Assembly (NCBI RefSeq): GCF_022565665.1
Contig: NZ_JAIUMI010000013.1
Reading direction: 5' to 3' (one strand)
Length of the DNA: 64,000 nucleotides
Source: Glycocaulis sp.
GTDB taxonomy: Bacteria > Pseudomonadota > Alphaproteobacteria > Caulobacterales > Maricaulaceae
Positions 1-9,310 of this stretch are shown piece after piece. The stretch's first letter is position 1. Each line of letters starts with the position of its first letter. The notes beneath the pieces were generated by a model. The model worked only from the letters and a program-made list of their open reading frames with translations. It was not told where the DNA came from and ran no database searches. The translations under genes were made by a program, and so were the position numbers.

Positions 1-247
1 TTGAGCTACGCGCAAGCTCCGCTCACCGGGCCTTGACCAACCACATCAACCCAGAAAGAAAGGCGAACAGACTCTACTAACTCACGGCCCGGATCAGGGG
101 GCTGGGTCATTCGAGGACGATGAAAATATTTGGAAAGATGCTCAGAATGGCATGTGGCATTGGGAAGTTCACATGGCGTATCGTTGGGCGCTAGAGGATA
201 AAGATCATAATTCTATATTTGAAATTGATGGGCCGGAATAGTTTCCG

Positions 248-781
248 TCACCCCACCCTGCGATAAATCCCGTCTATCCGCACGTCGCCGTCCAGAATGT
301 CGAGATAGGTGCGTATGACCTGTTCGAGCTGGTCAAGCGTCTGAATCGTGCAGAAGCCTTCCGGGTCGCGCGTCACGCCGGCGGCGATGAGCTGTTCGGG
401 GGAGAGGACGTGGCAATCGGCCTGGTGATAGGTCGCCATGCCCTCATAGGCGAAGAGCACGCCATAGCCGACCCCGTCCTCGCGCGGCCACTGGGCGATA
501 TAGATATCGCCTGACAGGCGGCGCATCCGCGCATTCTGGTGCGGGAAGTTCTCCACATCCGAGCTGTAGCGGCGCGAGAAGCGGGCATAGTCGATCCGCC
601 CCTGCCACGTGACCCCGCCCCATTCATTGCCCTCTGTGTCAAACGGCGTGTGGGTGTATTCGCCCGGCGGCAGGGCGCGGTGGGCCTGGCGCGCGCCGAT
701 CAGCTCCTCCTCGCTGGTAAAGCACCCGGCCAGCAGGAGGGCGGGCGCGAGGAGGAGGAGCTTTAGCGGGCGCAGGATCAT
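248..781 (-). CDS. hypothetical lipoprotein (177 aa)
   Basis: ORF track. N-terminal signal peptide with lipobox LLAGC. Starts 4 nt after the stop of the upstream aminopeptidase gene, so probably co-transcribed. No family recognised. Confidence 0.55.
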   Translation of the reverse strand: MILRPLKLLLLAPALLLAGCFTSEEELIGARQAHRALPPGEYTHTPFDTEGNEWGGVTWQGRIDYARFSRRYSSDVENFPHQNARMRRLSGDIYIAQWPREDGVGYGVLFAYEGMATYHQADCHVLSPEQLIAAGVTRDPEGFCTIQTLDQLEQVIRTYLDILDGDVRIDGIYRRVG

Positions 782-785
782 TTTC

Positions 786-2627
786 CTAAAGCGGCGCGCA
801 CGCGGCTTTCAGCCACGCCGCCACATCCGCTTCACCGGCCACCAGCGGGCCGATCTTCGCCAGCACGTCCGCGTGATAGGCATTGAGCCAGTCCCGCTCG
901 GCCTCGCTAAGCAGCGGCACCTCGATCAGGCCGGCATGGATGGGCGCGAGGGTGAGCGTTTCAAACCCCATCATCGCCCTGTCCCCGCCCGGAACAGGCG
1001 CCGCGGGCGTGACCACCTGCAAATTCTCGATGCGGATGCCCCACTGGCCGGTGAGATAATAGCCGGGCTCGTTGGAGAAGATCATGCCGGGCTGGAGCGC
1101 GACCGAGTTCGGCGCCTTGGCGATGCGGCCCGGCCCCTCATGCACCGAGAGGTAACTCCCCACCCCGTGGCCCGTGCCATGATCATAATCCATGCCCGCC
1201 ATCCATAAGGGTTGGCGCGCGAGGGCATCGAGCTGGCTGCCGGTCGTGCCTTCGGGGAAGCGTATGCGCGACAGGGCGATATGGCCCTTCAGGACAAGCG
1301 TGAAGGCGCGGCGCATGGCGGCGTCGGGCTCGCCAATGGGTACGGTGCGCGTGATGTCGGTCGTCCCGTCCGGGTATTGCGCGCCGCTATCCACCAGATA
1401 GAGCGAGCCGGGGGCGAGGCGGCGCACGCTCTCCTGATTGACCCGGTAATGCACGATGGCGCCGTTCGGCCCCGCGCCGGAAATCGTCTCGAAGCTGATA
1501 TCGCGGAAGAGATCGCTTCGCTTGCGAAATGTTTCCAGCTGCACCGCCGCGCCGATCTCGTCCACCTCGCCCGATTGCGCTTCGGTGTCGAGCCAGTGGA
1601 GGAAGCGGACGATGGCCGCGCCGTCGCGGATATGGGCGGCGCGGGCGCCTTCGATCTCTGTCGTGTTCTTGATCGCGCGCGGGAGCGCGGCCGGGTCGGG
1701 ACCGCGTTTCACGGCCGCCCCGGAATATGTACATACATAATATGCGTGGGCGGAGGCACTGGCCGGGTCGAGGCGCACGGTTTTGCCGGAAAACGCCCCC
1801 AGGGCGTCATCAAAACCGGCTTCAGGGTGGAGGCGGACCGTGTTGCCGAGGTAGGCATGGAGGTCCGCAGGGGTTTTTTCGGGGTGCAAGAACAGGTCTG
1901 CGGACCCATCGGACATGATAATCGCGCGCCCGAGTAGCAGGGGCGTGCAGGCCACATCCCCTCCACGCAGGTTGAAAATCCAGGCCACCGAGGCCGGGTC
2001 GGTGATCACCGCCGCGTCCACGCCATCCTCTTTAAGTACCTGAGCCAGCTCATCAATTTTGTCTGTGTGGGGCTTGCCGGCCAGCTCCACCGGGTGGATG
2101 ACGGCCCTACTCATCGGCGCGGGCGGTCGGTCCGTCCAGGCCGCATCTACCACATTGTTTTTTAACGACTTTAATGTCGCGCCTGCCCGCGCTGCAGCCG
2201 CCTCCAGCGCGGTTACCGCGTCGGCGGTGTGCAGGCGCGGATCATAGCCGATCTGCTCGCCGGGGCGGGCATTCTTCGCGATCCAGCCCGAGAGGCCCGG
2301 CTCTGGAAAGCCTGCAAATTCAAAGAGTTCGCCGTCAACCTGATTGCGGACCTGCAGGGTGTAGCGGCCATCGGTGAAGATCGCCGCGCGGTCCTTCATC
2401 ACGATGGCCGCACCTGCGCTGCCGGTAAATCCCGTCGCCCAGGCCAGCCGGTCCGCGCTCTCTGGCACGTATTCGTTGTTATACTCGTCCTCATGGGGGA
2501 TGAGAAAGCCGTCAAGCCCTTCACTTTCAAGAACTTTTCTGATCAGCGGCAGGGCCTTGCGGCCGGCGTCCGGCCCGCCCTTGACGTGAAATTTCTGGAT
2601 GGTGCCGGGGGGGATTGGGTGTGTCAT
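786..2627 (-). CDS. Xaa-Pro aminopeptidase, M24B family (long, APP1-like, 613 aa)
   Basis: C-terminal M24 metal-ligand motifs DYDHGTGHGVGSYLSVHEGP and SNEPGYY...IRIENL. Long N-terminal creatinase-like region. Confidence 0.85.
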   Translation of the reverse strand: MTHPIPPGTIQKFHVKGGPDAGRKALPLIRKVLESEGLDGFLIPHEDEYNNEYVPESADRLAWATGFTGSAGAAIVMKDRAAIFTDGRYTLQVRNQVDGELFEFAGFPEPGLSGWIAKNARPGEQIGYDPRLHTADAVTALEAAAARAGATLKSLKNNVVDAAWTDRPPAPMSRAVIHPVELAGKPHTDKIDELAQVLKEDGVDAAVITDPASVAWIFNLRGGDVACTPLLLGRAIIMSDGSADLFLHPEKTPADLHAYLGNTVRLHPEAGFDDALGAFSGKTVRLDPASASAHAYYVCTYSGAAVKRGPDPAALPRAIKNTTEIEGARAAHIRDGAAIVRFLHWLDTEAQSGEVDEIGAAVQLETFRKRSDLFRDISFETISGAGPNGAIVHYRVNQESVRRLAPGSLYLVDSGAQYPDGTTDITRTVPIGEPDAAMRRAFTLVLKGHIALSRIRFPEGTTGSQLDALARQPLWMAGMDYDHGTGHGVGSYLSVHEGPGRIAKAPNSVALQPGMIFSNEPGYYLTGQWGIRIENLQVVTPAAPVPGGDRAMMGFETLTLAPIHAGLIEVPLLSEAERDWLNAYHADVLAKIGPLVAGEADVAAWLKAACAPL

Positions 2628-2726
2628 GGCCCCACGCTAATCCCCCTTATCTGACGGATCAATCTGGCAGGTGCGCAGTGGCCGCGCCGGCCCGCTGGCA
2701 TTGCCCCGCACATCCCTTCCATTGCC

Positions 2727-2751
2727 TTGACCGGCCCGGCTGCGCTATAGC
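2727..2751 (+). promoter_or_regulatory. candidate sigma70-type promoter for ettA (TTGACCG-N10-GCTATAGC)
   Basis: Matches the Caulobacter-type housekeeping consensus TTGACGS-N10-14-GCTANAWC. Lies 48 nt upstream of the ettA ATG, and a GAGGAG Shine-Dalgarno follows. Motif match only. Confidence 0.35.
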
Positions 2752-2798
2752 GCGGCTCGATTGATTTTCCCCTGTCAGGCCCGAGGAGTCCGGCGCTT

Positions 2799-4463
2799 AT
2801 GTCGTCCTATCAATACGTCTATCACATGGACAAGCTGGCCAAGACCTATCCGGGCGGCAAGCAGGTCTTCTCCGGCATTTCGCTGCACTTCCTGCCCGAT
2901 GCCAAGATCGGCGTGGTGGGTGTCAATGGCGCGGGTAAATCCACCCTGCTGCGCATCATGGCCGGCATGGATAATGACTTCACAGGCGAGGCCTGGGCGG
3001 AGAAAGGCGTGCGCGTCGGTTATCTGCCGCAGGAGCCGAAACTCGACGAGGCCAAGACCGTCTGGGAAAACGTCATTGAGGGGTCGCAGGACAAGAAAAT
3101 CTATGACGATTACAACGCCATCGCCATGCAGCTCGCCGAGGATTATTCCGACGAGCTGATGGAGAAGATGACCGCCCTGCAGGAGCAGGTCGATGCGCGC
3201 GACGCGTGGGATATCGATTCCAAGATCGAGATGGCGATGGAGGCCCTGCGCTGCCCGCCGGGCGATGCGTCCGTCACGAACCTGTCCGGCGGTGAGCGCC
3301 GCCGCGTGGCCATCTGCCAGCTGCTCCTCTCCAAGCCGCACATGCTGCTGCTTGACGAGCCGACCAACCATCTGGACGCTGAAAGCGTCGCCTGGCTCCA
3401 GCACCACCTTGAAAACTATGACGGCGCGGTGCTGATCGTCACCCACGACCGCTATTTCCTGGATTCCATCACCACCTGGACGCTCGAACTCGATCGCGGT
3501 CAGGGCATCCCGTACAAGGGCGGGTATTCCGACTGGTTGGAGCAGAAGACCAAGCGACTGGAGCAGGAAACGCGCGAGGAAAGCGCCAAGCAGCGTGCGC
3601 TCGCCCGCGAGCTGGACTGGATACGCTCCAGCCCGAAAGCGCGGCAGGCCAAGTCAAAGGCGCGTATCAAGTCATATGAAGAGATGCGCGATGCGGCGGA
3701 GAAGGAGAAAATCTCCACTGCCACCATCCGCATCCCGCCGGGCCCGCGCCTGGGCGGCAATGTGGTCGAGTTCGACAATGTTTCCAAAGGCTTTGGCGAC
3801 AAGCTGCTGATCAAGGATCTGACCTTCAAGCTGCCGCCGGGCGGCGTGGTCGGTGTGATCGGCCCGAACGGCGCAGGCAAGACCACGCTCTTCAAGATGA
3901 TCGTCGGCGAGGAGCAGCCCGATAACGGCACGGTGAAGATCGGCGAAACGGTCAAGCTCGGCTATGTGAACCAGTCGCGTGATGCGCTGGATGGCAAGAA
4001 GACGGTCTGGGAGGAGATCTCGAACGGCCATGACATGATCTCGCTTGGCGGGCACGAAGTGCCGAGCCGGGCCTATGTCGGCGCGTTCAACTTCAAGGGC
4101 GGCGATCAGCAGAAAAAGGTCGGCGTGCTGTCGGGCGGTGAGCGCAACCGGGTGCATCTGGCCAAGATGCTCAAAGAAGGCGGAAATCTACTCCTGCTCG
4201 ACGAACCGACCAACGATCTTGATGTGGAAACCCTCTCCGCGCTGGAAGCGGCACTGGAAGACTTTCCGGGGTGCGCCGTGGTCATCTCGCACGACCGCTT
4301 CTTCCTGGACCGGATCGCCACCCACATCCTCGCCTTTGAGGGCGACAGCCATGTGGAATGGTTCGAGGGCGCGTTCTCCGACTATCTCGAAGACAAGAAA
4401 CGCCGCCTTGGCACAGACGCTCTGGTGCCTACGCGGGTGAAATTCCAGAAGTTCGAGCGTTAG
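2799..4463 (+). CDS. ettA: energy-dependent translational throttle protein EttA (ABC-F ATPase)
   Basis: 554 aa. Two ABC cassettes: Walker A GVNGAGKST and GPNGAGKTT, signatures LSGGERRRV and LSGGERNRV. N-terminus aligns with E. coli EttA. Confidence 0.92.
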   Translation: MSSYQYVYHMDKLAKTYPGGKQVFSGISLHFLPDAKIGVVGVNGAGKSTLLRIMAGMDNDFTGEAWAEKGVRVGYLPQEPKLDEAKTVWENVIEGSQDKKIYDDYNAIAMQLAEDYSDELMEKMTALQEQVDARDAWDIDSKIEMAMEALRCPPGDASVTNLSGGERRRVAICQLLLSKPHMLLLDEPTNHLDAESVAWLQHHLENYDGAVLIVTHDRYFLDSITTWTLELDRGQGIPYKGGYSDWLEQKTKRLEQETREESAKQRALARELDWIRSSPKARQAKSKARIKSYEEMRDAAEKEKISTATIRIPPGPRLGGNVVEFDNVSKGFGDKLLIKDLTFKLPPGGVVGVIGPNGAGKTTLFKMIVGEEQPDNGTVKIGETVKLGYVNQSRDALDGKKTVWEEISNGHDMISLGGHEVPSRAYVGAFNFKGGDQQKKVGVLSGGERNRVHLAKMLKEGGNLLLLDEPTNDLDVETLSALEAALEDFPGCAVVISHDRFFLDRIATHILAFEGDSHVEWFEGAFSDYLEDKKRRLGTDALVPTRVKFQKFER

Positions 4464-4466
4464 GGG

Positions 4467-7400
4467 CTAGACTTCCCCATACCCGCCGCCGCCAGGCGTG
4501 GCGATTTCGATCGTATCGCCGGGCTGGAGCGGGCTGGAGAACAGAGCGGGCTGTTCTTCTATGCTGCCATCAGCGCGGATGATGCGGGCCTTGCCGGGCG
4601 CGCCGTCCTCACCCCCTGCAAGGCCCGGCGGGGCGATCCTTCTGCGTCCTGACAGCAGGGCGGCTTCCATGGCCTCCAGGAACTGGATACGGCGTACCGA
4701 GCCATGCCCGCCGCGGTACTTTCCGGCCCCGCCGGAGCCGTCGCGCACCGTGTGGGCGAGTACGCGCACGGGGAAGCGCTGCTCCATGATTTCCGGGTCC
4801 GTGAGGCGCGAATTGGTCATGTGGGTGTGGACGGCGTCCGTGCCGTCAAACCCGTTGCCATCAGCCCTCAGCCCCGCGCCGGAGCCGCCGCATATGGTTT
4901 CGTAATACTGATATTGTTCGTTTCCGAAGGTGAAATTGTTCATGGTCCCTTGCGCGGCCGCCATGCGGCCCGTGGCGGCAAAGAGTGCATCGACCACAAG
5001 CTGGCTGGTCTCCACATTTCCCGCTACGACGGCACCCGGAGGTTCGGGCGCAAGAAGGGTGCCCTCAGGGATGATGATCTCGACGGGTTTCAGGCAGCCC
5101 TCGTTGAGGGGGATCTGGTCCTCGACCAGGCAACGCAGAACGTAGAGCACGGCGGCGCGGGCGACGGCGCTCGGCGCGTTGAAATTGCTCATCAGCTGGG
5201 GCGAGGTGCCGGAAAAATCGATGGTCGCAGTACCTTCACCGGGCCGCGTGGTGATGGCCACGCAGATGCGCGCGCCATCCTCCATCTCCATAACGGCAGA
5301 GCCGCTTTCGAGCGCGCCGATCACGCGGCGCACGGCCTCTTCGGCATTATCCTGCACATGGCCCATATAGGCGCGCACCGTGTCCAGCCCCTGCTCGGCG
5401 ATAAGGCGTTTCAGGCTGTCCGCACCGCGCGTGCAGGCGGCCAGCTGGGCCTTGAGATCGGCGATATTGCGCTCCGGCGCGCGGGCCGGATGGCGGCCGG
5501 AGGCGAGTGTGGCGCGTACGGCTTTCTCGTTGAACTTCATATCCGAAAGGATCTTCACGCAATCAAAGACCACACCCTCCTCCTCGATGGATTTCGAGAA
5601 GGGCGGCATGGAGCCGGGTGCGATCCCGCCCACATCGGCATGGTGCCCGCGCGTGGCCACGAAGAAGAGCCGCTCGCCCGCCGCGTCGCACACGGGCTGG
5701 ATCACGGTGATGTCGGGCAGGTGGGTGCCGCCATTATAGGGCGCGTTGAGTGCGATCGCCTCTCCGGCCTTGAGGTCCGGATGGGCGTCCAGCGCCGCGC
5801 GTACACTGGCCGACATGGAGCCCAGATGAACCGGCATGTGCGGGGCGTTGGCGACCAGCCCGCCTTGCGCGTCGAAGACCGCACAGGAAAAGTCCAGCCT
5901 TTCCTTCATGTTGACGGAGTGGGCGGTGCGCTCCAGTACGACGCCCATCTCCTCGGCAATGCTCATGAACCGCCGGTTGAAAAGTTCCAGGGTGACCGGA
6001 TCGCGCGCGGTCGCGGTGGCGGGTTTTGCGGGCTCGCCCGTGCGCTCGATCACCAGCATGCCGCTCTCGCCGATCTGTGCGCGCCAGCCCGGATCGAGCG
6101 TAACGGTCTGCCCCGGCTCCATGACCAGGGCAGGCCCGTCTACGCTCTGGCCGCTAACCAGCTCGCTCATCTGCCAGACCGGCGCGTCATGCCAGCGCCC
6201 GCCTGAATAAATCCGTGCCGAACCGGCGGGCTGGCCGTTGCGTGTGGGCGGCGTGGGAACAGCGATAGCGGTCTGGCCCGGTGCTTCGGCCTCCAGCGTG
6301 ACCGATTCAATGACAAGCTTCTCTTCACCGGGCGTGAAGCCGAACAGGCGCGCATGAGCGGTCGCGTGAGCGGCTGTAATTTCGTCCAGACTGGCCAGCT
6401 CGACCGGTATCACCGTATCCGAGCCGTCTACGCGGATGTTCAAGATGTTTCGTATATGAATTGTTTTTACACCCTGCGCCTGCAATGCCTCCCTCGCGGC
6501 GCGCTCAAGCGCCTCAAGACGGGAGGTGGCAGCCCCCAGCCCGCTGTCATCAAGCGTGCTGTCAAGGCTTGCCTGCCGGGTGTCGCGCAAAGGGGCAAGC
6601 CCGATGCCGAGCGCCGAGAGCAGGCCTGCCTTGGGGTGGATGAGAATACGCGTGATGCCGAGCGCGGCGGCCACCTGACAGGCATGTTGTCCGCCCGCTC
6701 CGCCAAACGCATTGAGCGCATACTTGCGCGGATCCACCCCTTGCGCGGTGGTGATCTGGCGGATGGCGCCCGCCATGGCCTCGACCGCAATCGCGAGGAA
6801 ACCTTCCGCCGCCTCTTCGGCGCTCCCTGCGCCCATCGCATCGGCAAGCTGCTGCAGGGAGCGGCGTGCGGCGCCGGCATCCAGAGGGGATTTTCCATCG
6901 CTGCCGAAGACATTCGGGAACCAGTCGGCCTGCACCCGGCCGAGCACAATGTTCGCGTCCGTAACAGTTGCCGGTCCGCCGAGGCCATAGGCAGCCGGGC
7001 CGGGCCTTGCGCCGGCGCTATGCGGGCCGCAACGTGCCCGCTCGCCGTCGAAATGCAGGATGGAGCCGCCGCCCGCCGCCACCGTGTGAATGGCGAGCAT
7101 GGGTGCGCGTAAAGTCCGGCCTGCCAGCTTCACCTCGCCCTGGCGGTCATAGCGGCCGTCTTCGGCGCGGGACACATCGGTGGAGGTGCCGCCCATGTCA
7201 AAGCCGATAACGCGATCCACGCCCTCGGCCCTTGCGGTTTCGGCCATGCCGACCACGCCGCCTGCGGGCCCGGAGAGCACAGCATCGCGCGCCTTGAAGA
7301 ATCCGGCCCGGGCCAGCCCGCCGGAGGATTGCATGAAGTAGAGCGGCACGCCCTCCAGCGCAGCGGCCACACGCCCGGCATAATCCTGCAATACCGGTTC

Positions 7401-8063
7401 GAGATAGGCGTCGATGACTGTGGTGGACATGCGCGGCACGATGCGCGGTAGCGGGCTGACCTCTGATGAGAGGCTGACATGCCTGAATCCAGCCGTCCGG
7501 GCGAGTTCCGCCACACGGCTCTCATGTTCATCATTTACATGTGAATGCAGCAGCGCGATGGCGACGGATGTGATGCCTTCTGCCTGCGCCTTGGCCAGTA
7601 TCCCGGCCAGCTCCGCCTCGTCCAGCGGCTCAATTTCGGTGCCTGCGGCGTCCAACCGCCCGGCGACCTCCACGATTCTTTGGGGCAGGGGGGCAGGGCG
7701 GTCGATCCTCAGGGCGAAGATATCCGGCCGGGTCTGGTCACCGATCATCAGCAGATCCCGGAAGCCCGCATTGACGATCAGCAGAACCGGCGCCCCGCGC
7801 TCTTCCAGCAGGGCATTGGTGGCCACGGTCGTGCCCATCTTCACGGCGCGCACCGCGCCGGCGGGAATCGCTGCGCCAGATGTCAGCTCCAGAAGGCGGC
7901 GCACACCTTCGCTGGCGGCGTCCTGATATTGGGCGCTGTCAGACAGGAGTTTTAGGGCGTGCAATTGTCCGTCCGGGGCGAGGCCGAGAATATCGGTGAA
8001 GGTGCCGCCGCGATCGATCCAGATATCCCAGCCGCGTGCCTGGCCCGTCTCTCTGCCGTTCAT
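4467..8063 (-). CDS. 5-oxoprolinase (ATP-hydrolysing), fused hydantoinase A/B, OPLAH type
   Basis: About 1198 aa. N-terminal IDRGGTFTDI motif typical of OPLAH/HyuA, with a HyuB-like C-terminal half. Start moved to the internal ATG at 8063 (MNGRETGQ...); the 28 upstream codons of the track ORF look non-coding. Confidence 0.85.
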   Translation of the reverse strand: MNGRETGQARGWDIWIDRGGTFTDILGLAPDGQLHALKLLSDSAQYQDAASEGVRRLLELTSGAAIPAGAVRAVKMGTTVATNALLEERGAPVLLIVNAGFRDLLMIGDQTRPDIFALRIDRPAPLPQRIVEVAGRLDAAGTEIEPLDEAELAGILAKAQAEGITSVAIALLHSHVNDEHESRVAELARTAGFRHVSLSSEVSPLPRIVPRMSTTVIDAYLEPVLQDYAGRVAAALEGVPLYFMQSSGGLARAGFFKARDAVLSGPAGGVVGMAETARAEGVDRVIGFDMGGTSTDVSRAEDGRYDRQGEVKLAGRTLRAPMLAIHTVAAGGGSILHFDGERARCGPHSAGARPGPAAYGLGGPATVTDANIVLGRVQADWFPNVFGSDGKSPLDAGAARRSLQQLADAMGAGSAEEAAEGFLAIAVEAMAGAIRQITTAQGVDPRKYALNAFGGAGGQHACQVAAALGITRILIHPKAGLLSALGIGLAPLRDTRQASLDSTLDDSGLGAATSRLEALERAAREALQAQGVKTIHIRNILNIRVDGSDTVIPVELASLDEITAAHATAHARLFGFTPGEEKLVIESVTLEAEAPGQTAIAVPTPPTRNGQPAGSARIYSGGRWHDAPVWQMSELVSGQSVDGPALVMEPGQTVTLDPGWRAQIGESGMLVIERTGEPAKPATATARDPVTLELFNRRFMSIAEEMGVVLERTAHSVNMKERLDFSCAVFDAQGGLVANAPHMPVHLGSMSASVRAALDAHPDLKAGEAIALNAPYNGGTHLPDITVIQPVCDAAGERLFFVATRGHHADVGGIAPGSMPPFSKSIEEEGVVFDCVKILSDMKFNEKAVRATLASGRHPARAPERNIADLKAQLAACTRGADSLKRLIAEQGLDTVRAYMGHVQDNAEEAVRRVIGALESGSAVMEMEDGARICVAITTRPGEGTATIDFSGTSPQLMSNFNAPSAVARAAVLYVLRCLVEDQIPLNEGCLKPVEIIIPEGTLLAPEPPGAVVAGNVETSQLVVDALFAATGRMAAAQGTMNNFTFGNEQYQYYETICGGSGAGLRADGNGFDGTDAVHTHMTNSRLTDPEIMEQRFPVRVLAHTVRDGSGGAGKYRGGHGSVRRIQFLEAMEAALLSGRRRIAPPGLAGGEDGAPGKARIIRADGSIEEQPALFSSPLQPGDTIEIATPGGGGYGEV

Positions 8064-8112
8064 GCGTATTTGCCCCTTCCGTTCAGGCCTCTGGCAGGGC
8101 AGATAAGCGTGT

Positions 8113-8808
8113 ATGGGCGTGTGGCGCAAACTTGCTGATCTCATCACCGGCGGAACCGATCCGTTCGACTGCCCTGACGGGGATTGTCCGCCCGGTCACC
8201 GGGTGGATGATGCCGAGTTCGCCATGGCGCTGATCGGGCTGGGCGCGAAGATGGCCAAGGCCGATGGGCAGGTGACGGGCGAGGAGGTCGCCGCCTTCCG
8301 CCAGGTGCTCAAGGCCCCGCCCGCGTTCGAGGCCTCGTTGATGCGGGCCTTCCATCTCGCCAAGCAGACCACGCTGGGCTTTGAGGGTTATGCCCGCAGG
8401 CTAGCCCGGCGCTTCCGCGCGCATCCGGCCATTCTGGAAGACGTGCTCGATGGCCTGTTCCACATCGCCAAGGCCGATGGCCGGATCACCGGCGAGGAGA
8501 TGGATTTTCTGGACCGGGTGGCGGATATTTTCGGCTTCACCGAGAGCGAGTTTGACCGCATCCGGGCCGGCCATGGTGCGCTCAATGGCGATGATCCCTA
8601 TCTGGTGCTGGGCGTGGACCGGTCCATCGCCGATGCTGATCTCAAACGGGCCTATCGGCGCATTGCCTCGCAGAACCATCCCGACATGCTGATTGCGCGC
8701 GGCGCACCGCCGGAGATGCAGCGCGTGGCCGACGAGAAGATGGCCGTCATCAATGCGGCCTACCAGTCCATTCTTGCCGCGAGGGGGCTGAAGCCGGCCG
8801 CGGCCTGA
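8113..8808 (+). CDS. DjlA-like co-chaperone: TerB-like domain plus C-terminal J domain
   Basis: C-terminal DPYLVLGV...YRRIASQNHPD (HPD motif). Central duplicated KADGxxTxEE TerB-type repeats. No obvious N-terminal TM helix. Confidence 0.75.
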   Translation: MGVWRKLADLITGGTDPFDCPDGDCPPGHRVDDAEFAMALIGLGAKMAKADGQVTGEEVAAFRQVLKAPPAFEASLMRAFHLAKQTTLGFEGYARRLARRFRAHPAILEDVLDGLFHIAKADGRITGEEMDFLDRVADIFGFTESEFDRIRAGHGALNGDDPYLVLGVDRSIADADLKRAYRRIASQNHPDMLIARGAPPEMQRVADEKMAVINAAYQSILAARGLKPAAA

Positions 8809-8945
8809 AGACCGGGGCGGCGGGGAACCAATATCGCACATGCGGCATTAAATCTCTGTCAGGGCCAGCCTGTGCCATTGACGGATAGGATTTAACCCCC
8901 AACTCTAAGGACGCTTGGGGCGGGCTGTGATACTCTGGCCGGACG

Positions 8946-9239
8946 ATGCGGGAGACTAGCGCGATGACACACCAGCAGGCATTTAACGGCGACGCCGCCA
9001 TTCAGGCGCTGCGTGCCGTGCTCGCAGCGATTATCGCGGCGGCCTTTATCGGGCTGGTTGTCCTGCTGGCGGCGGTGCTCACCGCAGCCGCCTTCGTGAT
9101 AGCGGGTATCGGGTTTCTGGGGCTCGGCGCGTTCTGGGTCTACCGCAAGGTGCGCGGCAAGCGTCAGGCGCAATCGGGTGTACTGGTCGCCCGGCGCGGC
9201 CCGGACGGCTGGACGGTCGACGGTACTTCCACGCACTGA
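8946..9239 (+). CDS. small membrane protein, 2 predicted TM helices (97 aa)
   Basis: ORF track. Hydrophobic core AVLAAIIAAAFIGLVVLLAAVLTAAAFVIAGIGFLGLGAFWVY followed by a basic stretch. An alternative ATG at 8964 has a better GGGAG Shine-Dalgarno. No family recognised. Confidence 0.45.
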   Translation: MRETSAMTHQQAFNGDAAIQALRAVLAAIIAAAFIGLVVLLAAVLTAAAFVIAGIGFLGLGAFWVYRKVRGKRQAQSGVLVARRGPDGWTVDGTSTH

Positions 9240-9310
9240 TCGCGTTCGTGCAACACACCCTTGCGCCGTGCAGGGTTGATGCGGGGCGTTTGCCCCGCTA
9301 GAGCGCGTGA

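Noticed and set aside
1-36. Minus-strand GCGCGTAGCTCAA (tRNA D-arm-like) at positions 1-13, and a plus-strand frame-1 reading ...LSYAQAPLTGP* ending at 36
   Set aside because: Too little sequence lies inside the window. The 7 nt preceding TAGCTCA do not look like a normal acceptor stem. Neither a tRNA nor a partial CDS can be supported.
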